Assembly: GCA_035389185.1 (NCBI GenBank)
Contig: DAOORK010000001.1
Coordinates: 65,006-129,005 of the forward strand
Origin: Candidatus Woesebacteria bacterium
Lineage (GTDB): Bacteria; Patescibacteriota; Microgenomatia; UBA1400; MFAQ01
Direction of reading: 5' to 3'
DNA: 64,000 nt
This document shows, piece after piece, positions 1-9,103 of the stretch. How positions within the stretch are numbered: the stretch's first letter is position 1; every line of letters starts with the position of its first letter. The position numbers were made by a program, and so were the translations under genes. The notes under the pieces were generated by a model. That model was given only the letters and a program-made list of their open reading frames with translations, did not search any database and was not told the DNA's origin.

Positions 1-1
1 G

Positions 2-853
2 AAGAAACACCCAGCTGATTTTGTCCTTTGGTTTAAAAGGGTGGGTAAGTACAAGGATCACGTAATGCACTGGGCTAGCCCTTGGGGCGACGGGTTCCCC
101 GGATGGCATATAGAGTGTTCGACTATGAGTATGAAGTACTTGGGCGAACAGTTTGATATTCATACCGGCGGAGAGGATCATCTATCCATTCACCATCCAA
201 ACGAGATTGCCCAGAGTGAAGCGGGTACGGGCAAGAAGCCATTTGTGAAGTACTGGATCCACACCACTTTCCTGATGGTTGATGGGAAAAAGATGAGTAA
301 GAGTTTGGGGAACCTTTATAGACTCACGGATCTGGCCGAAAAAGGATTCTCTCCTTTGGCTCTACGCTACTATTTCTTGACGACTCACTACCGAAAGCAG
401 ATGAACTTTACCTGGGAAGGCCTGAATGGCGCCAAGACGGCTTTGACGAAGCTAAATAAAATGGTGATCGATTTACGAGATATCCCGGTAACTGCCGATG
501 GCTGGTCTGATGAAGGAAAGGCATATTACGAAAAGTTCGTGGCTGCCATGGAAGATGATTTGAATACGGCTTCTGCCTTATCTGTCGTTTGGGAGATGAT
601 GAAGAGTCCGATTTCCGACGAGGCCAAAAAGAACTTGATAAATGTGATGGACTCTGTTTTGGGGCTTAACTTGGGAACTGAAGAGGACAAAAACATTGGT
701 ATTCCGGAAGAGATTAAAGATCTTCTAGCAAAAAGAGAAGAAGCCCGGAAAACCAAAAACTGGGCTGAGTCGGACGCTATTCGAAACCAGATCACAGAAA
801 TGGGATACAAGGTAGAGGATTATGCAGATGGAGCCAGGGTGGAGAAAATCTGA
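2..853 (+). CDS. cysS: Cysteinyl-tRNA synthetase, C-terminal portion (5' end lies outside the window)
   Basis: The frame is open from position 2. It contains the WHIECS and KMSKSLGN class I aaRS motifs typical of CysS and the anticodon-binding C-terminal region. Stop is TGA at 851-853. Confidence 0.85.
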   Translation, partial: KKHPADFVLWFKRVGKYKDHVMHWASPWGDGFPGWHIECSTMSMKYLGEQFDIHTGGEDHLSIHHPNEIAQSEAGTGKKPFVKYWIHTTFLMVDGKKMSKSLGNLYRLTDLAEKGFSPLALRYYFLTTHYRKQMNFTWEGLNGAKTALTKLNKMVIDLRDIPVTADGWSDEGKAYYEKFVAAMEDDLNTASALSVVWEMMKSPISDEAKKNLINVMDSVLGLNLGTEEDKNIGIPEEIKDLLAKREEARKTKNWAESDAIRNQITEMGYKVEDYADGARVEKI

Positions 854-870
854 TTATGCTAGACTGAATT

Positions 871-1422
871 ATGAGAGTAAAAGGGATTTATATAGCCGTG
901 ATTTTGGGAGTTTTGACAGTATCTTTGGGAGCAGTGTTTGAAGTCTCTAAGTCCAGAAATGAAGAAAGGGTATTAGCGGCGACGACAACTAAGACTTTGG
1001 AAGAGAGAGTGGCTTCGTTGGAAAGCAGAGTTTATTTATTAGAAAAGAGTGCCGGTTTAATTGCTACCAAGACGAAGGCAAGTGAGACATTTGTGTCTCT
1101 TGTCGGTGGAGATATTAATAGTGCAGATTGGTCCAAGATTCCCGGAACAGACTTTACTTTGGACACTGCTCTATACGGAAAGACGGTCGAAGTATCATGG
1201 CAGGGCTGGTTCAAAGGAGTCGGATCAGTGAGACTATATGATTCGACAAATCATCGAGCAGTGGACTTTAGTGAGTTTTTATCGACGACAGATGGCAGTA
1301 AGAGTTTTTATAGCAAAGTAATGTCCATCTGGAGAGGACAGAACCAGTACTATATAGAAGGAAAAACAACAGATGGAACAGTGACTTTATCTTCACCACG
1401 GTTAAAGATTGTTGCAAAATGA
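871..1422 (+). CDS. Hypothetical membrane-anchored protein (single N-terminal TM helix)
   Basis: N-terminal hydrophobic segment IYIAVILGVLTVSLGAV. No recognisable catalytic motif. Overlaps the next gene by 4 nt (ATGA). Confidence 0.5.
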   Translation: MRVKGIYIAVILGVLTVSLGAVFEVSKSRNEERVLAATTTKTLEERVASLESRVYLLEKSAGLIATKTKASETFVSLVGGDINSADWSKIPGTDFTLDTALYGKTVEVSWQGWFKGVGSVRLYDSTNHRAVDFSEFLSTTDGSKSFYSKVMSIWRGQNQYYIEGKTTDGTVTLSSPRLKIVAK

Positions 1423-1658
1423 AGGATTGGTTTGTGTATATGGTGGAGTGCCGAGATGGATCTTATTACACAGGAATCACAGATGATTTGGATAGACGTA
1501 TTAAAACGCACAACGTAGGCAAAGGGGCAAAATACACCGCTGGGAGAGGGCCTGTAGTTTTGAGATACCAGGAAAAAGTGAAGAATAGAAGTGAGGCTTT
1601 AAAAAGAGAAGGGGAAATAAAAAAAATGAGTCGGGGAGAAAAGATTTCCTTGTGTTAG
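1419..1658 (+). CDS. GIY-YIG nuclease family protein (small, stand-alone)
   Basis: The motif YMVECRDGSYYTGITDDLDRRIKTHN matches the GIY-YIG / UPF0213 signature. 79 aa. Confidence 0.75.
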   Translation: MKDWFVYMVECRDGSYYTGITDDLDRRIKTHNVGKGAKYTAGRGPVVLRYQEKVKNRSEALKREGEIKKMSRGEKISLC

Positions 1659-1695
1659 AATCTTTTCAAGAACACCTTAACATAGGAGGCGAGCA

Positions 1696-2022
1696 ATGCA
1701 ACCAATTTTCATGACGAACGACTTAGGTGGGGTTGTTTTCCTCGGCAAAGACAAGATCGTTTTGAGATTTTCCAAAGGAGTAACACACACTGTTCGAGTG
1801 AATACTAAGGAAATTCTTGCACTTCTAAAAACTAGGTCCGAACAAGTTTGGAAAAACGAAAAGATTTTAATCGAGCCGATGTATTTAGAAATCATCGAAG
1901 GCAAAGTCAGATCTTTTACACAGATTACCTTTAAAAATACGCCAATCGATAGCGATATTGCGGATGTTTTTCAAACAGATTTAGAATCCGTTTTAGAAGA
2001 AATCGAAAGGGACTATTTGTGA
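1696..2022 (+). CDS. Hypothetical protein
   Basis: AGGAGG lies 7 nt upstream of the ATG. A rho-independent terminator hairpin follows at ~2026-2047. No recognisable motif. Confidence 0.5.
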   Translation: MQPIFMTNDLGGVVFLGKDKIVLRFSKGVTHTVRVNTKEILALLKTRSEQVWKNEKILIEPMYLEIIEGKVRSFTQITFKNTPIDSDIADVFQTDLESVLEEIERDYL

Positions 2023-2083
2023 TATCACCCCGTCTATATGGCGGGGTTTTTCTTGGTTTGAAGATAGAGATGTATGGTATATT

Positions 2084-3220
2084 TTGCGCATGCAGAGCAG
2101 TGTCGAACAAAGTGAGCGAATTACTATCCGGGCAACAGGCAAAGATTTGCTGGATCTTAATGTAATTAATGAAAAAAAGAGGGGGCTGGCTTTAGTGGAA
2201 CACAGAGATTTTGGAGGTGTGCCGGAGGAAGGGATGGGACTTTTGAGAACAGTAATGGTTGCTCACTTGATAGCACCATTCTTCCCAAAAATAATTGAGA
2301 CAAATTTTGGTGTTAGTGACAGTGTGTTTATAAATGAGCTATATAAGTTTTACGGATACAAGCCGCCCAGACTAGAAACTTTTGATGAAATTAATCCGAT
2401 TGGAAGTACTCAATCGTCAAAGGAGACAAAAATAATTGAAATTGCCAACGCACATTCTGGCGGATTAGATTCTGCCTTCCGAATGGCTAAATTAATGCAA
2501 GGGGGAAAGTCCGTCATGGGAATACATCTACGAAACCTTAACAACAAAGGAAACTTTGCTGAGTATATGGCCAGTAAACAACAGTGTGAAGAGTGGGGAG
2601 TGCCATTTGAAAATGTGAAACTTCGTAACAGTTCGATGAATAATGGTTTTGACACCATGAGAACCAGAGATTTTCTTTTGGCAATAGTGGCGGCAGTTAC
2701 AGCGTACCAAAGCGGTAGTAGTAAGGTATTAATCGAAGGAGATATGTTTGATGATCCGGAGAAGGGACACTTTAGTGAAAATACCGATGCTTGGATAATG
2801 TTTAATAAACTAATTAAGGATGCCAACTTGAAGTTGGAAGTGGAAGGAGTTGACCCGGGGGATGTGGAAACAGTTGGCGAGGTGATAAGGCTGGAAAAGA
2901 GTTTGGGAATTGAGATATTGCCATTGATACAAAACTGTTTTAGTGCCGTTTTTCAGCGACCAGGAATCAGAAGAAAATGGGAGAGAGTGACTCCTATAAT
3001 TGCGGCAAATAGCTCCAGAGAACACTGGTGTGGTAGCTGCGTGAAGTGCCGCAGAATGACGATGGGAAGGATTATTTATCAAGATCCGCGGTTTGCCGAT
3101 GTTCCCAGATCGGAAGTAGAGTATTTCGTAAAAGATACATATAGTTGGCTTAAGCTCTACAAACATAATGGAGACATGGTATCGGCCAGTTTCTTGAAAC
3201 ATCTGGCTAGTTTGTGCTAA
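2084..3220 (+). CDS. QueC-like PP-loop ATPase (7-cyano-7-deazaguanine synthase family) with a ~110-aa N-terminal extension
   Basis: SGGLDS PP-loop motif (AHSGGLDSAF). C-terminal Cys cluster CGSCVKCRRM as in QueC. Central region is collinear with QueC. The N-terminal 110 aa have no recognisable similarity. Confidence 0.6.
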   Translation: MRMQSSVEQSERITIRATGKDLLDLNVINEKKRGLALVEHRDFGGVPEEGMGLLRTVMVAHLIAPFFPKIIETNFGVSDSVFINELYKFYGYKPPRLETFDEINPIGSTQSSKETKIIEIANAHSGGLDSAFRMAKLMQGGKSVMGIHLRNLNNKGNFAEYMASKQQCEEWGVPFENVKLRNSSMNNGFDTMRTRDFLLAIVAAVTAYQSGSSKVLIEGDMFDDPEKGHFSENTDAWIMFNKLIKDANLKLEVEGVDPGDVETVGEVIRLEKSLGIEILPLIQNCFSAVFQRPGIRRKWERVTPIIAANSSREHWCGSCVKCRRMTMGRIIYQDPRFADVPRSEVEYFVKDTYSWLKLYKHNGDMVSASFLKHLASLC

Positions 3221-3267
3221 AATATCCCGCTATAGGACTTTAAAATCTATTACAGAAGAGGAGAGCG

Positions 3268-4074
3268 ATGAAGAAAAAAGATAATGAGATTAAGTACAAG
3301 TCTTTATTGCCTGAGGATCAGAATCCAATAACCAAACCCATTTTTAGCGGTGGCTTTTATACCCCGTGTCCACTTACTGAAGATCAGAAAAGACGATTTT
3401 TTTTGGGTTATCCTAATATCTCACTACCAAATGGACCGCGCCCGCACGTTCCACTATTTAGCGGAAAAGTAAAAATAATTTCCAGCAGGATTGCCTATTG
3501 CGGTAGGGTCATGAAGATGTTGGAGGTGACGGAGACACACACCAAATTTGACAGGGAGGAAAGCAGACCTTTTACGTGGTCGATGTTTCATCGAAAGGGT
3601 GGATCGGCCGTTTTGATCCATGACGTGATAAAAAATGAGGTTTTGTTGGTGGAGCAAATACGACCAGCAATACTGATTGAGTCTGTCGATGAAGAGAACG
3701 TAAACTTTGCCTTAGATAAAAACGGTCACATGATAGAGATTGTTGCTGGCGGATTTGGTAAAGACACTCCCGAGGTGTGTGCTATTCGAGAAGTTTTTGA
3801 AGAAACTGGTATCAAGATTAAACCAGATAATCTGCAAAACATCATGAATTTTTATCTATCTCCAGGTGGATCGACAGAGATAATCTGTTTGTATTATGCA
3901 CCGATAACCTCAAAGAAGACGAAAGGTAAGGGGGGAGGACTCTCTAAGGAAAATGAGGACATCAAATGTCATTGGGTGAGTCTTTATGACGCCAGTCTGA
4001 TGCTGAGCAATAACGAGATTAAAGACGCAAAAACGATTATTGCAATCCAGTGGCTTTTAGCTCAGAAAAGATAA
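3268..4074 (+). CDS. NUDIX hydrolase (ADP-ribose pyrophosphatase-like) with N-terminal extension
   Basis: Nudix box GGFGKDTPEVCAIREVFEETGI. GGAG RBS. Terminator hairpin at ~4086-4119 followed by a T-run. Confidence 0.7.
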   Translation: MKKKDNEIKYKSLLPEDQNPITKPIFSGGFYTPCPLTEDQKRRFFLGYPNISLPNGPRPHVPLFSGKVKIISSRIAYCGRVMKMLEVTETHTKFDREESRPFTWSMFHRKGGSAVLIHDVIKNEVLLVEQIRPAILIESVDEENVNFALDKNGHMIEIVAGGFGKDTPEVCAIREVFEETGIKIKPDNLQNIMNFYLSPGGSTEIICLYYAPITSKKTKGKGGGLSKENEDIKCHWVSLYDASLMLSNNEIKDAKTIIAIQWLLAQKR

Positions 4075-4085
4075 GCTTTTTGTAA

Positions 4086-4119
4086 CCAGGTTTGACTATC
4101 AAGTCGGCCTGGTTTTTTG
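4086..4119 (+). terminator. Rho-independent terminator for the Nudix gene
   Basis: Imperfect stem ccaggtttgact/agtcggcctgg followed by TTTTTT. Confidence 0.5.
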
Positions 4120-4129
4120 TTACAAAAAA

Positions 4130-4148
4130 CCCGCCCTTTTGGGGCGGG
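4130..4148 (-). terminator. Rho-independent terminator for minus-strand gene 4155-4538 (convergent with the previous one)
   Basis: Perfect hairpin cccgccc-tttt-ggggcggg. On the minus strand it is followed by TTTTTTGT. Confidence 0.6.
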
Positions 4149-4154
4149 AAGGTG

Positions 4155-4538
4155 TTAACGACGATTTTTTCTGAGTTTGTTTTTCAGCTTGTAGTTGGCA
4201 AACCAAATTGTGTTTTTGATGTTAACTATAATGTCTTCAATCCGATACCAGATCTTGCAGAAGAAAATTCTTATCTTAATCAGGTAAACCTTGAATGAAG
4301 GTTTAGCAGGGAGATTTTTCCCCGTGGGAGTCAGACCATTACCGTCATGACATGATAACTTTGTGCCATCGGTGCAGAGGGCTGAATAACCGGAGATTTC
4401 GTAGATGATTTTGGTTTCATCCCGTTGTGTCTTTGGAGTGCCAAAATCTTTCTGCAAAATGATCTCATCTCCTTTTTTGAGCCCAGCAACTACGTAGGCT
4501 CCCGGATTAATGAACGAACCACATCCACCACAACACAT
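4155..4538 (-). CDS. Hypothetical small protein
   Basis: AGGAG RBS 9 nt upstream of the ATG. Cys-rich N-terminus (MCCGGCGS). No recognisable domain. The C-terminal tail runs into the terminator region. Confidence 0.45.
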   Translation of the reverse strand: MCCGGCGSFINPGAYVVAGLKKGDEIILQKDFGTPKTQRDETKIIYEISGYSALCTDGTKLSCHDGNGLTPTGKNLPAKPSFKVYLIKIRIFFCKIWYRIEDIIVNIKNTIWFANYKLKNKLRKNRR

Positions 4539-4608
4539 AGAGATTCTCCTTTTGTTTTAGAGTACGATGGGGAAATTATATCCTGTAATAGAAAAAATTG
4601 CAACAAAA

Positions 4609-4629
4609 AACCCGCCTTGTAGGCGGGTT
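4609..4629 (-). terminator. Rho-independent terminator for gene 4638-5117
   Basis: Hairpin aacccgcc-ttgtag-gcgggtt. On the minus strand it is followed by a T-run. Confidence 0.6.
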
Positions 4630-4637
4630 GAGCGGTA

Positions 4638-5117
4638 TTAATCGCTGTAAATCTCGATAGGTTGATTACACTGCGGACAGCGATCAAGGTCTTGACTTAA
4701 TTGTTTGTTGCAGTTTGGACAACGCCAGTCTTTGGTGGACATCATTTTCTTATCGTAGCGAGAGCGGGGAGTGAAAGGTAAATCAGAAACTTTTATGTTT
4801 GTTTCGACTTTGCTTCCACATTTATTGCAGTATGGAGTGGTGGGTTTTTGACAACCCTTCGGACAATCGTAAGTGATTTCCAAATTGATGGGTATGGCCA
4901 AGACACCGTGGAGCTGAGAAGCGACAGAATCCAGGTTGGTGTTGTCGAACATACATAAGTTGGCGATGTATTTTGGGCCGAAGCCCTGTATCGGATTGCA
5001 ATCAATATCCCAGTCTTTTATGGTTATAATTTCGCCATTGGGTAATATGATCGGGTCATGAGAGGTTCGCTTTACGTGATAAGTAATGCGGTCCCAGACA
5101 AAAACGATATATGTCAT
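4638..5117 (-). CDS. Hypothetical zinc-ribbon protein (paralog of 5195-5560) with an extra C-terminal CxxC-x10-CxxC ribbon
   Basis: AAGGAGG RBS. Shares the PIILP...GVLAI.I...CP.GC...PYC.KCGSK.E core with the neighbouring gene. Second ribbon WRCPNCNK...CPQCNQ. Confidence 0.5.
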   Translation of the reverse strand: MTYIVFVWDRITYHVKRTSHDPIILPNGEIITIKDWDIDCNPIQGFGPKYIANLCMFDNTNLDSVASQLHGVLAIPINLEITYDCPKGCQKPTTPYCNKCGSKVETNIKVSDLPFTPRSRYDKKMMSTKDWRCPNCNKQLSQDLDRCPQCNQPIEIYSD

Positions 5118-5194
5118 TAAAGTGCCTCCTTTGTTTTAGGATGGTTGGATTATAGCATTTAAAGAAGAAAACCCTCCATTGCTGGCGGGCTGTT

Positions 5195-5560
5195 TTAGAT
5201 TTTTTTGAATTGGTCAGCAGGTTTGATTTTTAATGTTACCTCGGTTTTGGAACCGCATTTCTTACAGTAGGGATCTGTAGCTCTGGAACAACCATTGGGG
5301 CAAGTGACAGTTCTTTTGATGATAATCTCAATTGCAAGAACACCGCCAAGTTCTTTGGCAATTTGTTCTTGACTCATACTTATGTGATTAATTTTGAAGA
5401 GTAATTTGAGTTTTCCGGGATTTGGGGGAGAAGCTTCTTTTGCCCAACCATCGCCCTTAAGTACATAGCTGCTGTCTGGGAGAATGATGGGGTTGGCCGC
5501 TTTGGAGACGGTGTACTTCTTACCGTCGTACTCAAAGATGATTCTGTCTTTATCTTCCAC
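5195..5560 (-). CDS. Hypothetical zinc-ribbon protein (paralog of 4638-5117)
   Basis: AAGGAGG RBS. Motif ANPIILPD...GGVLAIEII...CPNGCSRATDPYCKKCGSKTE, collinear with the adjacent gene. Confidence 0.5.
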   Translation of the reverse strand: MEDKDRIIFEYDGKKYTVSKAANPIILPDSSYVLKGDGWAKEASPPNPGKLKLLFKINHISMSQEQIAKELGGVLAIEIIIKRTVTCPNGCSRATDPYCKKCGSKTEVTLKIKPADQFKKI

Positions 5561-5624
5561 TCTATAGCCTCCTTCGAGTTAAAGTGCTTGGAAAGATTAT
5601 ATATCGTCATGAGATAATAGAGCC

Positions 5625-6671
5625 ATGAGTCTTAAGGTTGGAATTGTTGGTTTACCAAACGTGGGGAAGTCCACGCTTTTTAACGCGCTTTTGAAGCGTC
5701 AACAGGCTTTAGTAGCCAATTATCCTTTTGCCACGATAGAACCGAATATAGGGGTAGTAGAGGTGCCTGACGAACGTTTAAAAATACTGGCCGAGATTTC
5801 TAATTCCGGAAGAATTGTGCCAGCCACAGTGGAGTTTGTAGATATTGCCGGATTGGTGGCTGGAGCGGCAACTGGCGCTGGCCTGGGAAACAAGTTTTTG
5901 ACCCACATTCGAGAGGTTGACGTGATTTTGCAGGTTATGCGGGACTTTAGTGACTCAGAAATTGTGAAAGAGGGTTCGGTTGACCCGGAAACGGATTATC
6001 AGGTGATTGAGACAGAGCTGATTCTGAAAGACTTGGAAACTATAACAAAAGTGAAAGATGGAAAAGATCTCCGAGTTAAAGGAATGGAGAAGAAAAAGGA
6101 AGTAGTAGAGAGACTATTTGCCGGTTTGAATGAAGGGAAATCAGCCAGAGATATTCTGAAAACTGAAGAAGATTGGGAATTGGCATATGACCTTTTTCTC
6201 CTAACAGCAAAAAAAGAAATTCGAGTTTATAACGTAAGTGAGGATGACTCACGCCTTAGAAAACCGATGGACGAGTGTCTTTATATTTGTGCCAAAGTAG
6301 AGTCGGAGTTATCGAGTTTGTCCGAGAATGATGCTAAGGCATATTTAATTGAACTGGGGATCAAAGAGTCAGGTTTGGACTTGCTAATTAAAAAGGCATA
6401 TGAGGCCTTGGGGCTGATATCGTTTCTCACTACCGGAGAGATGGAAAGCAGGGCCTGGACAACTAAGAAAGATTCAAAAGCCCCACAAGCCGCGGCCGTG
6501 ATTCATACGGATTTTGAAAAGAAGTTTATTAAAGCAAAGGTGTGTGATTATGATAAGTTTGTCGAGGCTGGCGGTTGGAAAGAAGCCTCAGACAAAGGCT
6601 GGGTAAGATTTGAGGGTTCTGAGTATCTGGTTAAAGATGGTGATGTAATCGAATTCATGATTGGAAGGTGA
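5625..6671 (+). CDS. ychF: Ribosome-binding ATPase YchF (Obg-like GTPase family)
   Basis: N-terminal GIVGLPNVGKSTLFNAL P-loop. Length ~350 aa. C-terminal TGS-like region. Confidence 0.85.
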   Translation: MSLKVGIVGLPNVGKSTLFNALLKRQQALVANYPFATIEPNIGVVEVPDERLKILAEISNSGRIVPATVEFVDIAGLVAGAATGAGLGNKFLTHIREVDVILQVMRDFSDSEIVKEGSVDPETDYQVIETELILKDLETITKVKDGKDLRVKGMEKKKEVVERLFAGLNEGKSARDILKTEEDWELAYDLFLLTAKKEIRVYNVSEDDSRLRKPMDECLYICAKVESELSSLSENDAKAYLIELGIKESGLDLLIKKAYEALGLISFLTTGEMESRAWTTKKDSKAPQAAAVIHTDFEKKFIKAKVCDYDKFVEAGGWKEASDKGWVRFEGSEYLVKDGDVIEFMIGR

Positions 6672-6737
6672 TCTAGTTTAGATACCATTTATGAGACTTT
6701 GTTATGGTAAAATAGCCTGTTATTATAAAAGCTAAAA

Positions 6738-7052
6738 ATGGCTAAAAAGACAACCGAAACCAAACCGTCCATGGGCTCAATGAATAAATATGAGCTCGTT
6801 GTCATTTATCCCGTCTCTGAGAATGAAATCGGAGCCGAGAAACAGATTGCTGATAAGTGCAAGAAACGCAACTTTAAAGTAGAGTCTGTTGATAAATGGG
6901 GAACGAAAACCATGGCTTACGAAATTAAAAAACAGAGCAGGGGATACTATCTCAAGCTTAACCTCGAAGGATTAACCACATCTGCCAGAGAGTTGGAGAG
7001 AGATTTGCAGATGGACGATAAACTGCTAAGATTTTTATTGATTAGGAATTAA
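6738..7052 (+). CDS. rpsF: 30S ribosomal protein S6 (possible true start at Met 6780, MNKYE...)
   Basis: S6-like N-terminus (YELVVIYP, WG.K.MAY.I). Conserved rpsF-ssb-rpsR gene order. Confidence 0.75.
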   Translation: MAKKTTETKPSMGSMNKYELVVIYPVSENEIGAEKQIADKCKKRNFKVESVDKWGTKTMAYEIKKQSRGYYLKLNLEGLTTSARELERDLQMDDKLLRFLLIRN

Positions 7053-7068
7053 CAAAAGAGGAGGAAAT

Positions 7069-7584
7069 ATGAGTACAAGAAGTTTGAACAAAGTAATGTT
7101 AATTGGAAATCTGACCCGTGACCCGGAGTTGAAATACACTCCTTCAGGAACCGGAGTCTGTACATTTGGTTTGGCAACAAACCGTGAATGGACTGATTCA
7201 TCTGGTCAAAAACAAGAAGGAGCTGAATTCCATCGTATTGTGGCTTGGGGAAAGTTGGGTGAACTATGTTCCCAGCTTTTAACTAAGGGTCGCAAAATCT
7301 ACGTAGAAGGCCGTTTACAAACCAGAGCTTGGAAGAGCCAAGATGGTGCCGATAGACAGGTGACCGAGGTGGTTATCGAAGAGATGATTCTTTTGGATTC
7401 TCCAAAAGGAGACAGAGATGGTGGATATGAACCACGCTACACTGCCGAAAGCAGCGTTTCTCCATTAGCTGACGTTAATCCAGCCGAAGAAGTATTCAAT
7501 CCGACTGCTGATGTTGAAGAAGAGAAGCCTGCTAAAAAAACAAAGAAAGAGGATAAAGCCGAAGAGGACGAAATTCCTTTCTAA
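7069..7584 (+). CDS. ssb: Single-stranded DNA-binding protein
   Basis: OB-fold N-terminus (MLIGNLTRDPELKYTPSG) and acidic C-terminal tail ending in DEIPF. AGGAGG RBS. Confidence 0.85.
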   Translation: MSTRSLNKVMLIGNLTRDPELKYTPSGTGVCTFGLATNREWTDSSGQKQEGAEFHRIVAWGKLGELCSQLLTKGRKIYVEGRLQTRAWKSQDGADRQVTEVVIEEMILLDSPKGDRDGGYEPRYTAESSVSPLADVNPAEEVFNPTADVEEEKPAKKTKKEDKAEEDEIPF

Positions 7585-7609
7585 ATATTATCTGAAGTAA
7601 AAATAAAAT

Positions 7610-7840
7610 ATGATTCAAAAAAAGAAAATCAGAAAATCAAGTAAACCTTGTCCTTTCTGTGTCAAAAAGGCCGAGCCAAATTATACAGATCTCGAGTCTT
7701 TGGCTATTGGAGTATCAGTTAAAAAGAGAATTGTGTCCAGATGGACGACAGGTGTTTGTGAAAAACATCAGCTCAGATTGGCTCGCGCCATCAAAAGAGC
7801 CCGTCATTTGGCTCTTCTTCCCATGACTGACCGAGCTTAA
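7610..7840 (+). CDS. rpsR: 30S ribosomal protein S18
   Basis: Motif CPFC...NYTDLESLAIGVSVKKRIVSRWTTGVCEKHQLRLARAIKRARHLALLP is typical of S18. Confidence 0.85.
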   Translation: MIQKKKIRKSSKPCPFCVKKAEPNYTDLESLAIGVSVKKRIVSRWTTGVCEKHQLRLARAIKRARHLALLPMTDRA

Positions 7841-7868
7841 TTAACAAATTACTATCCGTATTTGCCTC

Positions 7869-9077
7869 ATGAACCTAAAAAAGATTAGGAGAGTTTTGAT
7901 CGTTATATTGCTTGTTGGAGTTTGTGTTTACAGCGGATATAGATTAGGTGAATGGAAAGTAAATAAAGATTTAAGAGGCACTGGTATTGTTGATACTTCG
8001 TTGATGAACGAAGCGCTATCGCATTTAAAAGAAAGTTATCTTAAACCTGAAGACATTGACGCAACTAAACTGAAGTATGGTGCTGCTCAAGGGATGACGC
8101 AGGCCTTGGGAGACCCTTATACAAGTTTTTTTACCCCTGAAGAAAATAAGCGTTCAAATGATGACCTGGCAGGATTTTTTGGAGGTGTCGGAATTGAGTT
8201 GGGTTATATTGACAAGACACTGGCAGTTGTAGCTCCTATAAAGGATAGTCCCGCCGCAAAGGCAGGAATTACGGCAGGGGATCTTATTTTAAATATCAAA
8301 GATGAGGCAAATAACGTAAATAAAGATACGACAGGAATATCACTTGACGATGCGGTTAACTTGATAAGGGGACAAAAGGGGACGGCTGTCATTCTGACGA
8401 TTTATCATGAAAATGAGATAAAGTCGAGGGATGTGACACTAATTAGAGATACGATCAATGTACCCTCAACTGAGATTAATTGGATTGATTCCGGAAAGGT
8501 AGCTGTAGTTACCGTAAGTAAGTTTGGTGAACAAACACTTTCCGAGTGGAACAAGATTGTGACCGAAATTATTAGTAAAAAAGCAAGTGGGGTGATTTTG
8601 GATCTTCGCAATAATCCTGGCGGTTATTTACAGCGAGCAGTGGATTTGGGTAGTGAGTTTATTGCCGATGGAGTGATTGTGAAACAAAGAGAAAAATCCG
8701 GAACGCAAGTGATGAATGTGGATAGAAAAGGGAGGCTTGTGGGAATGCCTTTGGTAGTGTTGATTAACAAAGGTTCCGCTTCGGCTTCAGAGATTTTGGC
8801 CGGAGCGCTGCGTGAGCGAATTGGTGTCAAACTGGTAGGCGAGAATAGCTTTGGTAAGGGGACGGTTCAAGAAAAACAAGATTTTGCAGGTGGGGCAGGT
8901 ATACATGTGACAATAGCTGAGTGGCTGTTACCATCAGGAAAAAATATCCATGGCGAGGGTTTGGTGCCAGATGTATTGGTGGAGTATGTTTATGATGAAA
9001 AAAATCCTAAGGAAGACAATCAACTGAATAGAGCTTTGGAGGTTTTGCATCAAGTGGAGTTGGCGAGTAAGAAGTAA
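7869..9077 (+). CDS. ctpA: Carboxyl-terminal processing peptidase (S41 family, with PDZ domain)
   Basis: S41 motifs LDLRNNPGGYL and GSASASEILAGAL. PDZ-like region. N-terminal TM anchor. Confidence 0.8.
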   Translation: MNLKKIRRVLIVILLVGVCVYSGYRLGEWKVNKDLRGTGIVDTSLMNEALSHLKESYLKPEDIDATKLKYGAAQGMTQALGDPYTSFFTPEENKRSNDDLAGFFGGVGIELGYIDKTLAVVAPIKDSPAAKAGITAGDLILNIKDEANNVNKDTTGISLDDAVNLIRGQKGTAVILTIYHENEIKSRDVTLIRDTINVPSTEINWIDSGKVAVVTVSKFGEQTLSEWNKIVTEIISKKASGVILDLRNNPGGYLQRAVDLGSEFIADGVIVKQREKSGTQVMNVDRKGRLVGMPLVVLINKGSASASEILAGALRERIGVKLVGENSFGKGTVQEKQDFAGGAGIHVTIAEWLLPSGKNIHGEGLVPDVLVEYVYDEKNPKEDNQLNRALEVLHQVELASKK

Positions 9078-9079
9078 AA

Positions 9080-9099
9080 AACCCTCCTTAGGGAGGGTT
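9080..9099. terminator. Bidirectional rho-independent terminator hairpin
   Basis: Hairpin aaccctcc-ttag-ggagggtt flanked by an A-run upstream and a T-run downstream. Confidence 0.55.
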
Positions 9100-9103
9100 G
9101 TGT

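Noticed and set aside
2410-3202. Several 60-138-aa minus-strand ORFs inside the QueC-like gene, and similar antisense ORFs inside gyrA, gyrB, pilB and recG
   Set aside because: They lie entirely within strongly supported genes on the other strand, with no RBS and poor composition.
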